In this document: one piece after another, positions 17,181 to 30,906 of the stretch
Layout of the letters: each line of letters begins with the position of its first letter
Position numbering within the stretch: the stretch's first letter is position 1
From: Amoeboaphelidium protococcarum X5
Taxonomy: Eukaryota; Fungi; Aphelidiomycota
Direction of reading: 5' to 3'
NCBI GenBank assembly: GCA_023515725.1
Contig: JALDTO010000136.1
Coordinates: 197,232-261,231, forward strand
Length of the DNA stretch: 64,000 nt
The notes under the pieces: generated by a model
Told to the model about the DNA's origin: nothing
The model's input: the letters and a program-made list of their open reading frames with translations, nothing else
Databases searched by the model: none
Made by a program: the position numbers and the translations under genes

Positions 17181-17943
17181 TCAGCAACAAACTTATGGAT
17201 GATTTTACGTATAATCAATTTACTCTTACGTTTTGCATGTGGACTCTTCTATAGCTATGGTACTTTAATCAGAAGCAGAATTTTAGACATCTTACGTATT
17301 ACGCCTGACAAACTTTGTAGACTGATCTACGAGCTGACAGTACTTCTCCTGCACTTCGTCGTTATCAATGTACAAACTCCAATCAGTCAACAACAAAAAC
17401 TCCATTTCCAACGAATTCAACTCGGAAGTTGAGATGCCACCCACACGAGCATAATGAGTGTTTGTGCAGTAAGAATCGCATAGAGCCTTGGCAGTGACAG
17501 TGACGCAGGCAATAATAAAGCGGTGCACTGTCAGCGATGAAACTCGAAATCTACTAGGTGATGATGATGAGGGAGATGGAGAGCAGATTCGGTCGATATA
17601 GATGAGCATCATGAGCAGTACACTCTTCTCCAGGGATGCAAATTAAACAATTCTCTTGATGTAGGATAGAATGGAGATTTGCGGAGGTGCACGAGAATGA
17701 AACCTGGTCAGCGACTCTTGAGTTACCGGAGTATTATCGTTGCAGTCGCAGAGTTATTACAAAGCATCAGCCACAACTTGTTCAATAACTACAAATTCGG
17801 TATCGAGAAAATTCACATCAAAGCTAAAGAGTCTATATAAAATTACCTTAAATTTCGCATTCGGAAAATGAAGAACCCACTACTACCGGCTCCGTACCAG
17901 AGTCTGGATAGGGCCGTTTATTAGATTCGTTTAGTCGTTACAT
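17181..17943 (-). CDS. Pho80/Pcl-family cyclin; 5' exon structure uncertain
   Basis: LTRFHSRAPPQISILSYIKRI, YIDR, VHRFII, KALCDSYCTNTHYARVGGIS, ELNSLEMEFL. Confidence 0.82.
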
Positions 17944-18263
17944 TGTAAGAGAGAGGGAAGAAGGAAGGAAAAGCAAATCAGGAGAGCGATGATTCGCAAC
18001 CATTCAATCACAACGACACTTAGTGTGAGGCAGAGAGAGAGAGCTATTACCGCATTAAAACACACGGTGCATTCAATTAATTAGGCATACGGCAGTTAAT
18101 GTAAGCTCTTAATGAATGAAGTAAATTTATAGAAATTAATTTAGCGATATGTTTCGCTTAAAATCGTCAATAGAGTGAAAGGCCATAAAGAAAATAATGG
18201 GAACAAGTTAAAGTTATACGCTACGTTATATTTACTGCTGCAACAAGTTCATTAATTCAATGC

Positions 18264-18788
18264 TCATTGAATATCTTCACGGATTGGCAACTTCTCACCC
18301 CAGCCGGCCTCCATCTTACGGTCACTGTCACGCGGCTTACCAGAGTGACGGTCAAATTCTCTGCCCTTCACAGGCTGGCCACCTTTCTGGCCGTGCTTGG
18401 CGTGATGAGCCTGACCACCTCTTCTGTCGTGATGTTCAGCCTTGTCCAATGGGATTTCGCCATCATCTACACGTATAACACATTTTGGATTAATCAATCA
18501 ATCAATCAACTTGGTTACAATAACAGAGCATAATCAAAACTTACCAGCAGCTGCGACAGGAGCATTTGAGGACGTCTTGTAAAAATTGTCCTTCTTTTGC
18601 TTATTAGAGCCATCACTATTAGTGCTGGATGCCTACTAGGATCTAGTGGTGGCTTGAGCCTTGATCTTGGCAGCGTTCTCTGCCTTGGCCTACTTCTTCT
18701 ACTGCTGAACACTCTACTACTCCTTCTTCATAACCTCCAGATTTCCTTCATCCAGAGCAGCGTACGGATTGCTAATTAATGAAGACAT
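18264..18788 (-). CDS. Stm1/SERBP1 (HABP4_PAI-RBP1)-like ribosome/RNA-binding protein; intron 18467-18544
   Basis: N-terminal SNPYAALDE and the GREFDRHSG...DRKMEAGWG motif; GTAAGT...TAG intron. Confidence 0.72.
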
Positions 18789-19148
18789 ATTTTCCGATAT
18801 TGATGTTGCTGTTAAGTATACTTTATTATTTATTGTTCAACTGATGGTATTTCTTGAGAATAAAATTGTGAGCGACCGAGCGACTATCTAAAATGGAACG
18901 CGAAAGAACGCGCATAGAGCTTTGACGTCGTTGTTAATAATGATATTACTCACTACGGTGACGCGTAATGGTGATATAATGAAAGTCGTGCTTTGATCAA
19001 TAGCGCTATTAATTACAACATTCAAAGTTTGTTAACAAGAAAATAGAGCATTGACAAAATAACAAATCATGGTACTTTAATGATGCTGCTTCATTGTTCA
19101 TGTGAACGAGATACCAATCATCATGGAATCGATTTTAATGCATAGCAC

Positions 19149-20400
19149 TCAAGCCCAGTAACCAATTGCAGCCATAACTCCTGCTCCAAGCCATAAGCTG
19201 AGAAACACAAACGATTTCTTAACGATGGAATACGATGAGTACGCCTTGCTATGAGTAATGTTCACAGTAATGAGATTGACAAGGGAGTCATAAAGTAGAA
19301 TACCACCACTGAGGGACAAGAATACACCAGTGATTATAAGATTCTCCGCAGAGTTCTAGTTATATGATTGTGCAATACTAATACCAATCGCTTGTCCTAT
19401 AGGGGTAGTAAGTGTATAAAATAAAGCCATCAGCAAAGGCTGTGTCATCGTGTCGAAGCCAGCTTCCAGAGCTGTAACTGAAAGGGCAGCTCCTTCAAAG
19501 AACTGATGAAAACAGATCGCAACTAGGAGCGTTTTAAATTACTCTCCACCAGTAACACCCAATGTAATACCCATTATAATACCGTGAGCAGCTAATCCCA
19601 ACTCTAATATATAGGCTGTGATTTTAGTGTGCTCATGATCAGTCTTGAAGAGAACATGATCCACTTCACAACATCCATCGGAGTGGATATTTGTTGCAAC
19701 GGCAAGCGCGTTCAATTCCAATGGAGTTGCAGAGCTTCGAGTGTTATGCGTCGCGTGAGTTTTGCTACGTTATGCTTAAGACGATTCACCAATCTGCTCA
19801 GTGGATTAGTAGTTCAGCGAAGACTGCCTCTAAAGTGGAACTTTTACATTGCCAGCAGTCTCAATATCATCACCGCCGAATAGACGAGAGTTGTTATTAC
19901 TAACATGACCATTTGCAACGCTATTAGTGCCAGCTTAATGATCGTGAGTCTCACATTCAGCGCCATGATCGTGTTTCTTCCCAAAATGATCAATAGCAAT
20001 AGTCTGTACAAACTGGATGAGTAGTGTGGACAGCAACGCCAACACGCCGCCCCAAGCCTCATAACTGAGGAACACTTCAGGTAGACATGGATTCTATAGA
20101 GTTGAAATACCTGGCACGAGTAAATGAATATAGCCAGTTGCCAAAATCACACCCATTCCAAAGCCTTTGAGTAGAACATAGAAGAAGCTATTAATCTTTA
20201 TAGCAGGACTCAACTTGGACACCACCTACAACACCCAACACGATTATATCGAGATTAAAAACTATACACAGCCACACACACACACTTACCGGAATTAATG
20301 TGCCGAGAAAAGATACGGCCAGGACAATAAATATAGAGCCTATGTGAAAGGCTAAATTAAAGTCCTCCACCGATACTTATGAACAATCGTTTTCGGACAT
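19149..20400 (-). CDS. ZIP-family zinc/iron permease (Zrt1-like); intron 20226-20289
   Basis: HIGSIFIVL, ATGYIHL, His-rich loops, ILELGLAAHGIIMG, FHQFFEG, TPIGQAIGI; ends AIGYWA. Confidence 0.9.
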
Positions 20401-20871
20401 TTTTTCAATCGCTATCTTGGAGTATTATTTTTTTGAAAATTTTCCTATCAACTGCAAAGAAAGAGAATGTGGTAAAATTGTATGGGCAATAAACAGCTCG
20501 GACAGCAAAAATAAGGATGATGACGTGATTGTTATGGTGAAACAAGATGATTGTCACTCTACGGTACAATTTTTACTGTTACGGAATGTCTATGCGGATC
20601 ACGACATGGAGCAACTTAGTGACTGAAACGCGATTGGATTCGAGTAAGAGAAATCCCCGCTGAATACATGATTGGCAGCCTGGTCAATCAGAAGCGTCCT
20701 TTAGATTGGTTGTCGCCCGTTTCATGTTGCGCATTTATATTAAGTGAATGAAAATTCCTGTTTCAAGCTATTTTCTCCCGCTTTTTATCATTATTATAAT
20801 AATATCACTCTTCATTGTTTTATTTATTTGGTGATTTATTTTGACTTAATATTGGAAAGAGAGATATTGTT

Positions 20872-23800
20872 ATGGAGTAATTATCTTAATAAAATGTGGA
20901 TCATTTGTACTTGGACATATCAGAGACGCTGGAACAGCTACGATTGCTCACCTCCTCTGGTAATTAGCCGTCTGCCTAAGTACAGTCAGGTCCTAAGATT
21001 ACTCAGATTGTTTAATAATTTCTTTCGTCTGTGGATAATATCTTGCACCTCTCTGATATCATTAGGAAGCATTCATCCTCCACTTCGCATAAGTTGTCAT
21101 TATCGTAATACTCTAAATAGGCTCATCAGATGGCTCAACACGTCAGTGATTCCGTACAATTATGGTAGTCTGGAAATGGCAAAGATAAACTGCACATGCT
21201 TCAATAGTCTTATTTGTAGATGGAAGAGAGTCTGTTTCATTTGTACCAGAATTTGATAAAGGCTTTAGATTAGTAACAACAAACGCTTGTAAGCCATTAG
21301 TAGTCGCCCATTCGTAGAGTTAGTAAGCCGGCTCATCATCCGGATAATACTGGACATAATAATTCAGATTGTGTATCTGACTATGTATATTAGGATTATT
21401 TTAATTAAGACTTGGATTAGCAATAATAGTAGTAAGCGTAATAAATTAAACAGTCTGAACAGAGAGTGAAAATGAGGGATCATATCAGAGGTAAAAGGTT
21501 GCCGGATGAGTATCATCACTCGCCACCATAAAAATCTTTGCCTGATGTTCCGTTATTGTCTCCGAATGTACGCTATCCTCGTGCCTCTGTCTAGTCTCCT
21601 GGGATTCGGTAATAGCCTCATATCGCTCCACAATCGTAGCGTAAAATTTCCGAGCCTCTTCCGCTTAGTGCTGCTGAACTTCATGAGATCAACTAGTAAA
21701 AGAGAAAATAGTCTCAGCCGCTTCCGTCTCAGATTTCCGCTAGTTGGCCAAAGTAGAGGCTTTCTCCTTACCTTGACGCCTAGAATCGTCATGGACCAGA
21801 AGATGAATAAGAAGTTTAAGAGTAAGTCTACGATTTGTGTCAGTCTTTGGAATAAACTGCGCATGTGACTTTGCATGTTCGTAATTTACTTCTCCAAGGC
21901 AATAGCAGTGCTCTGAACTGGTTAGATTTGAATGCTTAATTAAAGTACCTGGCCGAGGTTGGAGAATATGATGCCGTTGCATGTAAATAGATCTCTGCGC
22001 GGATTTCTGAGCTCGTAAGTGAACTAGCTGCATCCAAATAAAAGTTGCGCGACAATTAGCAGCAGATATCAAGTTAGGAGAATTCCATTACTTCTTTTAA
22101 GTAGTAATTGGAGAGCTTAGAGCGTGAGAATGCATTCTAGAAATAGTGTCTGCAGGATGTGATAAGCGAAAATGCTGCTCTTAAAGCTGAAGCGAATCAC
22201 TTATCTCCGGAGATGAATGCCAAGTCTAGAAATGGATCGCTTGATGATAATTAAAGTGAGAACGCTGGCTCGCATTTAACTTTGAATTAACCAGAATAGC
22301 CAGTAGTTGCCGCTTTGAGGATAGCAGGTGATGATAATAAGGTGAAACGGCTATCTAGATTGCTCGTCTCTAAATCTCTTCCAGCTTCTCCAATTGGTAA
22401 AGATTTGGATGAGTATGAGCAGTCACGTCCTAATAGTGAGTAAGAAGAATTTAGTTATACTGATGTCTTTGCGGACCATTACGGTGAGGCTACGGTTAAT
22501 GTTCCTGAGTAATAAGATGCCAAGAAGGTTAAAGTCATCCTGCAGCAAGTGGATAGTCTAGTTAAGCATCGTTATGGAAAGAATGTGAATATAAAAGTTC
22601 AGGTTTCAAGTACAGCTCACTCTGTTCCTCGGTACGATCTGGTGCAAGACATTGAATTAAGATAGAACATGGCTGCCACTTAAGTTTAGAAACATATGCG
22701 CGGGTATATGTGTAGAAAGGAGTATAGGAAGCTGAACCATAGGCGTATGATTATAAAAGAGCTTTTGGAAACAGAGTTGACTTATGTCCGCGGCTTGCTG
22801 TCACTCTATGAGCACTTTGTTATTCCTCTCCGTATCCGCGCCAGTCAAGGGCGGCCTCTAGTATCTCATGAATAGCTTAACTCTATTTTCTATCAAATCA
22901 AAGAGATTATGCTGTGTAATGCGTAATTCTTGCTGAAATTCTGCAAAAGGATTACCCCTTGGAATAATTGGAAATGTGTTGGTGATCTGTTTTGCTAGTT
23001 TGCCGGTGAGTGCGGATTGTATACGCATTTTGTCAATAATTACAGCAAAGCTCTGCTTTTGTACAAGTAATAGTCTCAGTCTCCGTAGTTTATGCAGTTC
23101 TTGCAGGATATTAAAAGTAAACAAGGCAGATTAGCTTTGAGTTTTACTGATCTGTTCATCACTCCCATTTAAAGGATACCGCGCTATGTGCTTCTACTTA
23201 AAGAATTGGCCAAGAAGACTGCAGATGATCATAGAGATGCTCTGATGCTCCAAGAGGCTATTCAGATGCTTCAGACCACGGCAAAAATTATTAATGACCG
23301 AAAGCGAGATAATGAGAAGGCTGTCAAGGTGGCTAATGTGGACTCTAAGCTAAGTAATGCTCCGGCTGGTATTGTAATGCCAGATCGACGTCTAATATAT
23401 GAGGGAGAAATTGGAGAATTAACAGAGAATGGGCGCGTCAAGAGCAGGAAAGTCTTCTTATTTAATGATATGGTCATGTGCACTGCTCCGCAAAGAAACC
23501 GCTTCAAATCTGGCGACAAGATCTATTATGATTTTAAATGGTCTATGAAGTTGGTGGATATGCAATGTGGCCCGATGGAGAGAATTCATGATAGCCGGCT
23601 CAGTGCTGGGATGACTCAATACTAGTTGGAGAATGCAATTGGCCTACTGGCTGACACTAGAAAGATATTGATTGCCGCGTCAAAGGAGCACATGGAGCGA
23701 TGGTTGCAATCTTTTGCAGAGGCCAAGATTGAGTCAGACCGTGTCTCAAAGCCTATTAAAGATAGTTTAAAGAAGTCCAAACCGTCCGCCTCCCCTAATG

Positions 23801-24279
23801 ATCTCTTCATATTCAAGAAAGATCCCAATGCTGCCAATACGAATATGAAATAGTATGTATCTCTCTCTAACGCTTTGAAATTGGTGGATTCGCGCATTAA
23901 TGAACTCGAGAAGGAATTATCTGTAGAAGCCAAGGTGTTGCAAGGATTATCTCGATTGGAAGGAGTTTTGAAGCCAAAATAATCGAGAACTGTCAATGGC
24001 ACGCCAACGTCGTATCTACCATCCCAAGTGACTGAGTAGAATCTGTAGTACTCTCATAGTTTTAATTCGAAGAGTAGTGTATCAGATCATAAATCTGCCT
24101 GTAAAGACGCGATTTAACGATTGGAAGAGTAGCTGAAATTGTGCAAGTCACTGTCAAGTCGTTTCTCTGAATATGTCAAGGCTGATAAGCAGGTCCTCAT
24201 ACGCAAGCAAGACATTTCCGAAGTCATGCACAGCAGTGGCTCTCCCAACAAGTTTGTTCTCTACTTTATCACTAGTTGA
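20872..24279 (+). CDS. RhoGEF (DH-PH) protein with a long Ser/Gln-rich N-terminus, coiled coil and IQ motif
   Basis: IQ-like VQKHMRGYMCRK; DH motifs ELLETELTYV and ITPIQRIPRYVLLLKEL; PH motif RKVFLFND. Confidence 0.85.
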
Positions 24280-24388
24280 ATTCCCGGTGATAGATTCTGC
24301 AAGTTATCATCAAGTGTAGGAAAAGAGTGTACATTAAAACAATGATAGTATTTGTTTATCGAAAAGAGCGATGTTGAATTCATTATAA

Positions 24389-25057
24389 TCACTTCTTCTT
24401 GGCAGCTTCCTCTTCCTCTTTAGCTTTGGCGCGCTTCTCACGGACACCAACAAGCTTGGCGTCACTCTGAGCCTTACGCAGCTTAGCATACACGCTCTCT
24501 TCTGACTTGAAGTCAGCAACATTACCGTACTCTACAACAGCGCCTCTGATTGATATAGCCTTTGCATGAACATCAGCATTAACTCTCTTCACCAGCTTGT
24601 CAGCAGCAGGAACATCGACAGCCATAGGGGAGCCACGCTTGCTGTTCTTGCTGCGCTTCTTTGGCAAGAGAACAACCTTGGCCTTGTAAGCCTTCAATCT
24701 ATCAACATTCACAGCAAATCCCTCCACGCTTCTACCCGAGCTTCGTCTGCGGTGATCAACAGCGACACCGTAAGTATTTCTAGCCTCCAGAGCGTTCTTG
24801 AATCCGGCAGCCTTAATCTCGTCCAGAGTGAATCCACGTCCCTTACGGACTTTCATGTTGTATCTGACGGTTGGGCAGCGAACGATTGGGCGAAGCAGAC
24901 CATCGACTGGGCGAGGTGCAATGGCAGCAGCCTTCTCAGCACGAGCCTGACGACGGCGAATCTTTCTAGCAGGCTGATTAAACCAAGTCTTGACGCGTCT
25001 TTACCAATCCTTGCGGAAATGGTTGTTTGGCAACATATTATTGTGAGCGAAACCCAT
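24389..25057 (-). CDS. RPL13: 60S ribosomal protein L13 (eL13)
   Basis: NHFRKDW(TAA=Q)[36 protein letters not shown]. Confidence 0.96.
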
Positions 25058-25671
25058 GATTAAATACTGATCCTCTTTTTATTTATTATTTAGAGTGGGA
25101 GTAGCACCTGGAAAATAATGCGGGAATTATCAGAGGAATTTCAGATTCTCGCTTTGAAAAGAATAATCGCCAAAATGGATTGATCTCGGTTTCGGTTGAA
25201 AATTAGAAATCGCGTCGCTCATGGACTGTCAACCAATCCACACGCGTAAATTGCCATCATCATTCATCAATCAGTGTTTCGATTATGGAATATGGCAAAT
25301 AAGTGATATGGAGCACGCAACTGCATTAGTTTGAGATGCTTCGATGTGGCTATTGACGCTTCTCTACACCTTGACATAGCGTAGTCGCACCATTACAGAA
25401 TGCAATCTTTCGCTGTTTGTTCTATTTCAATCATTTTCATTGGGCTCAAATGCTTGTTAAGTTGGAGCATAAAGGTACCCATACTGTTGATATCGGGTTG
25501 AATAAAATTTCAGCTCATTATTTCATCTGTTTTGACATTCGTTACTGATGTTGATTAACAGTTGTTGATTCAAGAGTTCCAAATTTCTTTCCTTCTTGAG
25601 GCAGATCGTTCCTTTCCTATTAACTCAGCGCTTTAACGTTTTCTGATAGTGAAAGATTATTATTTAAAAGT

Positions 25672-26002
25672 ATGAGCACAAAGAGCGTAGATTATACATT
25701 TTAGGGGACGCCAAGTTAGACCAATCCATTGTATGGACTGAATCCTATTCATGGCAAATGTTTGGGCTTTTTCACAGAATATTAAAAGTGCTACATCCAG
25801 GCAGACATCCCCGAGAAGGAGTGCCGTTTGTGGCAAGAGGATTACGCTGAATGTAAAATGCGAGTCAAAGAGGTAGTTTCTTGTTCATATCGCATGTATA
25901 TTTTAATTTTTAATTTATGTTCTTGTGTGGTAGAAGTCAAGAATTAAAGCTATAGCTATGGAACGAGAGAAATAGTTGAAATTGTAGAAATAAAGCTCTT
26001 GA
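25672..26002 (+). CDS. Twin CX9C protein, probable complex I 15-kDa subunit (NDUFS5-like); intron 25873-25933
   Basis: GKCLGFFTEYQKC...ECRLWQEDYAEC twin CX9C; GTAG...TAG intron. Confidence 0.7.
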
Positions 26003-26145
26003 ATGTATTATCGTATGTCTTCTGATGATTTCCCTCGAGTTATCTCTTCATTGTTTTTACTACATAATCATCAATTTTATTTCACTCATATAGTTATTAT
26101 ATAAAGTTAATATTGTACAAGATTAATAATTACTTGTAACAATAG

Positions 26146-28020
26146 ATGGCGCTAAATACTGTGAGAAGATACACCACTAAAGTTTTGAACAAGTATTCAC
26201 GCGTTATCACTTAGCCTAGGAGTCAAGGTGCTTCGCAGGCCATGCTTCATGCAACGGGACTTACTGATTAGGGATTGAATCGAGCATAGGTGGCAATTGC
26301 TAGTCAATGGTTTGAAGGGAATCCTTGTAATATGCATTTGAATGATCTCGCTGGTATAATCAAGTAGAGTATTTTGGATTACCATCATTAATCAGGTAAG
26401 GATAATGATCGGTTGCACGCGATTAGATTTACCACTGTATCAACTTCTGATGGAATATCCATGTCGACTTCTGGTATGCTCAACTCGCTTCCATCTAGAG
26501 AGATCATTGCGGATAGTATTGAGTGTGTGATGAAGGGTATGTGGTATGATGGCCTGGTATGTGTTCCCGGATGTGATAAGAACATGCCTGGAGCACTGAT
26601 CGGTATGCTCAGAGTCAATCGGCCGTCTATGGTTGTCTATGGTGGCACTATACGTAAAGGATGTATGTAGACTGGTGATGATAACGGCTCAACATAAGAT
26701 TTGGATGTTGTCAGTGCATTTCAGTCATATGGGGAATATATGAGCGGTAAGATTGACGATTGTCAACGACGAGCTATTGTGAAAAATGCATGTCCTGGTG
26801 CTGGTTCTTGTGGCGGTATGTACACGGCCAATACTATGGCATCTGCGATTGAAGCTCTTGGATTGGCATTGCCTTATTCTGCTAGTTCTCCGGCTACTTC
26901 GAGTGAGAAGATGGATGAGTGTCGACGCGTTGGTGAGACTATGTACAATCTATTGGCGACGGACCTCAAGCCACGAGATATAGTAACAAAGCAAAGTTTA
27001 GAGAATGCCATACGATTGGTAATTGCTCTAGGTGGATCGACAAATGCTGTGCTTCATCTGTTGGCAGTCGCTAAGGCTGCACACGTTCTTGATCTCAAGT
27101 TGGACGATTTCCAGCGTCTAAGTGACAGGACACCATTTATCGCTGATTTGAAGCCTAGCGGTAAGTATATGATGGAAGATCTTCACGGTGATGGTGGTAT
27201 ACCTGCCGTTATGAAGTACTTGCTGGATGAGTAAATGCTTGATGGCAGTTGTATGACCATCACCGGCAAGACTTTGGCAGAGAACTTGTCTTCCGTTCGC
27301 GCGCTACCAACTCCAACGTCTAATACGATTATTCGCCCTATAAGTGAGCCAATTAAAAGCACTGGTCACATTTGTATTCTCAAGGGAAACTTGGCTCCTC
27401 TTGGATCTGTTGCAAAGATAACTGGTAAAGAAGGTACAGTATTCACTGGTAAGGCTAAATGTTTCAACTCTGAAAAGGCCATGTTACTCGCATTATAGAG
27501 ATCTCCTGTTGCTAATTAACTCCGCGGTAACGTAAACGTTTCGGCTGAGGATGATGAAATACCAGAACCTATTGGCGATTTCAACAAGGTTGATGAAAAT
27601 GACAATTCTATAATCGAGAAAGGAGATGTGATTATAATTCGGTATGTCGGGCCAAAAGGTGGTCCTGGTATGCCAGAGATGTTGTCACCAACCAGCGCTA
27701 TTATGGGCGCAGGACTTGGTAAAGACGTTGCACTGCTTACAGACGCGAGATTTAGTGGTGGTTCACATGGCTTCATTGTTGGACACGTTACACCTGAAGC
27801 ATTCGTTGGCGGGCCGATCGCTCTTGTCCAGAACGGTGACACTGTGACGATAGACGCCGAGAAGAGAGAGATTAATGTGCACATTGATTCTGAAGAGCTT
27901 CGTTAAAGAAAAGAACAGTGGCAGCCGCGTTCACCAAATTACTTTGCATAAGAAGGTCTACTGCGTAAATATTCCAAATTGGTCAGTGATGCTAGCAGCG
28001 GGTGCGTGACTGATTAGTGA
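26146..28020 (+). CDS. ILV3: Dihydroxy-acid dehydratase (branched-chain amino acid synthesis)
   Basis: [61 protein letters not shown]. Confidence 0.96.
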
Positions 28021-30214
28021 GCACTTTGTTGCAGCTTTTATCAATACACTTATTTAAAGATCTGAGTTGACAATGCCTATACTGTATGCAAATATCGACA
28101 ATTTTTTCTTTAATACTTATTTGTAAAGGACCTGCGCTGTTTCAGTTCCACATGTCGTAAACTGGTATAATCACAAGAAAGAAGTATGATACCTTGAAAC
28201 AACTTGAGTTGATATATGAGAAAAAGTAGATAGAGCAGTAACCATTAATATCAGTTTCTCTCTTACACTGCACTTTGTGGTACTTTTGGCATACAATCCA
28301 CATAGAACATTGTTTGAATATCAACTCATCAACTCAAATTCTAGGCCCATTCGGCCCGTTTCAGCGACGAGCGAGCGCGCGCGAATTTCCTAATTGGGAC
28401 AACCACTCACACTCACAACGCATGCTCCAACTCAACACTCATTCTGGAGTACCATCGATATTAGTACCAATCGATAGATCGTTTTCTAAAACGGCAGATG
28501 AGCTTATTCCCAAAGAAATTGATCAAGAACTGACCAAGTTGCCATTTGGTGGTGCCCGTTTCAAATCTGAAACCATCGCACAATGTTCCACAATCAAACA
28601 ATCCCACAATCCCAGTCTCACTCTATTCTCCACTTTCGTTATCACTCTTCATCCAAGAACATTTCCCATGCTCGATATCTCGCTGTGCATCTTATCTGCA
28701 TTGCTCGCCTCAGTTGGTGAATGGTTTGGCATCTCATGCTCATCGCTTGCTGGTGGTACTGCTATCTCTCGGCCTCTCCATGTGAAACGATCCGCTTACT
28801 GTCCTGCTCTGGTCGGTCCCAAGTCTGCTTCTGCCTCAAAGTCTGCTATACACCTATTTGTATGGTTTTTGTGCATTGCTTGGGTATGTCCTTCTATCTA
28901 CTGCGGTCCTCTCAAGTCTGGGTTGGTTTGATCTGATGAATGATGTGGCTTTATGGTGGCTCTCCTGCTCTCTGCGGCCTCAAAGCTTCCCTCAATCTCT
29001 TAGCTCTCTCAAAGCTCACTTTGACTCCTTTCTAATCTCATGCTGCTACTCGATGACATCTGGTTACAAGGCTTGTATACAAGGTTGGCGGCTCTCTAAT
29101 GTTTCTCAATGCTGCTGTCCTTCTTATTGCTTGACTATAAGGCTTCTATTCATTGGTCTCTTTTATCCGGTAAGCTTATTAGACAGAATTGTACTGTTTT
29201 GTTTTATCCATTACTACTGTATTTGTGTAGGTTGTCGCTTCGCTGTCAGTTTAGAAGAAGCATTCGAGATTATAACTGAAGCGCCTCTCAGTTGATTCAA
29301 GGCTCTGTTTCTAAAATCACTCATTTGGTGTTTCTCTCAGGCCGAATGATGCATGAATTGCTTACTGGTATGCTGAAAACTTCCTAGTGTGCATGTGGTG
29401 GTTTGTGTCGGATCTAGATCAAAGTTCAACTCTATGTTTGCTGTTCACGTCTTTGCTCTTGCCTCTAACTCTGGTAATAGACTACTTCACAAGGTAGTCG
29501 TGTGCAATTGCTCTATGAATGGCTGTTGTCATATGTAAAAAGATAACTTCAAGATTTAGTTACACTGCTGCTACGTGTTTCTAACACTGGCTCACTATAT
29601 GTGCTTAATGATTTGTCCGAATTGCACTGCAAAGTCTTTGTTCACTGCACAGCTGCTTTTCCATGTCATTCATACTGTCTGCTTGTGCTACTACCGCACA
29701 ATGCTGTATTAAGGCTTTGTTTATTGGGTCATTACTTCCATGTGTTTTTATCTATGTGAAATTTCCTCTGTCGTAATATGGTTCTCCAGATGCTTTGTTT
29801 ATTGGGCTTCTGTGTATTGACGTCAAATGGTTAATCTAATCTTGGTACTGGCGTAAATTGATGATAAGAAAGCTTTCTTGCTTGGTTGTTGGTTCTATAT
29901 GACGAATGTATCTAGTACACTCTTTAAAAACTGAAATACTGGCTGTATGCTTTACGCAGTGCTCATACTGCCTGAAGTTTGTAAAGACCTGATCTTATAT
30001 GTACTGGATGTTAATATTTGCTCATTGTTACAAAAATTCGCTATAAAGTGAATTATTCATTGCTTAAAAAATCTGCTAGAGTGTAAAAAGGACCTTGTCT
30101 ATCGTGTGCACTAAACGATGCTTTTATTCTCTCACTAAGTGAGTTAATAGTGAAGAATATCTATGAAAGATCTCTGCTTAATGATGGCAGTAGAAAGTCT
30201 ATAAATTATCAATT

Positions 30215-30906
30215 CACCCTTAATACTAATGGGTTTAAAGTTATCACTACATGGAGTCCTCTGCTCCGTAAAATAAAAAGTTCGTCTAACACCATTTGCT
30301 TCTCAATAGCTGGTTGAAGTTTCCTCATACTGGTAGTCTCCGTCCTCTGGTTTATGTGCTGGTAGATGGAGCTTGTGTTGGTTCTATAGCGCTGGTTTGT
30401 ACCAAGGCAGCAGCAGAGGTCATGCTTGCCTTTCTATTGAACCGCAGCTACCAGTTGGGTTGAGTTTCTTGTCTAATGGCTATTGAGAAGGCTAAATGGT
30501 TTAAAAAATAAAAAGTTGAGCTAGCCAGCTGGGCATCCTGGCATTGCTCTAGAAAATTAAAAAAAGGTGCCTTCAGAAGGACTGGCGCAACCAATTGTGG
30601 TGCCTGAAGCTAGAGTGCCTCACAGATGGAAATCTTCCTGTGAGTTGGCTCATCATTATGTAAAGAAGCCCTTATACTAATGGGCATGAGAATAAATTTG
30701 ATTTTAGCACAGAGTCCCTCTGCTCTGTGTCGTCTGGTCGCGTCTTGACTTGTCCTGTCTTCTTTGCTTGCTAGGGTGTCTCCTCCTGGAAGTCTCCTTC
30801 TGCTGGTTTATTTGCTGGTGGAATGAGCTCGAGCTGGTCCTGTAGTGCTGGTCTGTGCCATGACAGCAGCAGAGGTTATGCTGTCATTCTATTGGATCGC
30901 TGCTTC
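30215..30906. repeat. Diverged direct duplication with period about 455 bp
   Basis: CCCTT(A)ATACTAATGGG at about 30217 and 30669; CTGGTTTAT.TGCTGGT...CAGCAGCAGAGGT.ATGCT...TTCTATTG at about 30346-30440 and 30803-30895. Confidence 0.75.

Noticed and set aside
28275-29295. Plus-strand ORFs of 218 and 145 aa in the island
   Set aside because: No recognisable motifs; composition fits the antisense strand of a purine-rich decayed element.
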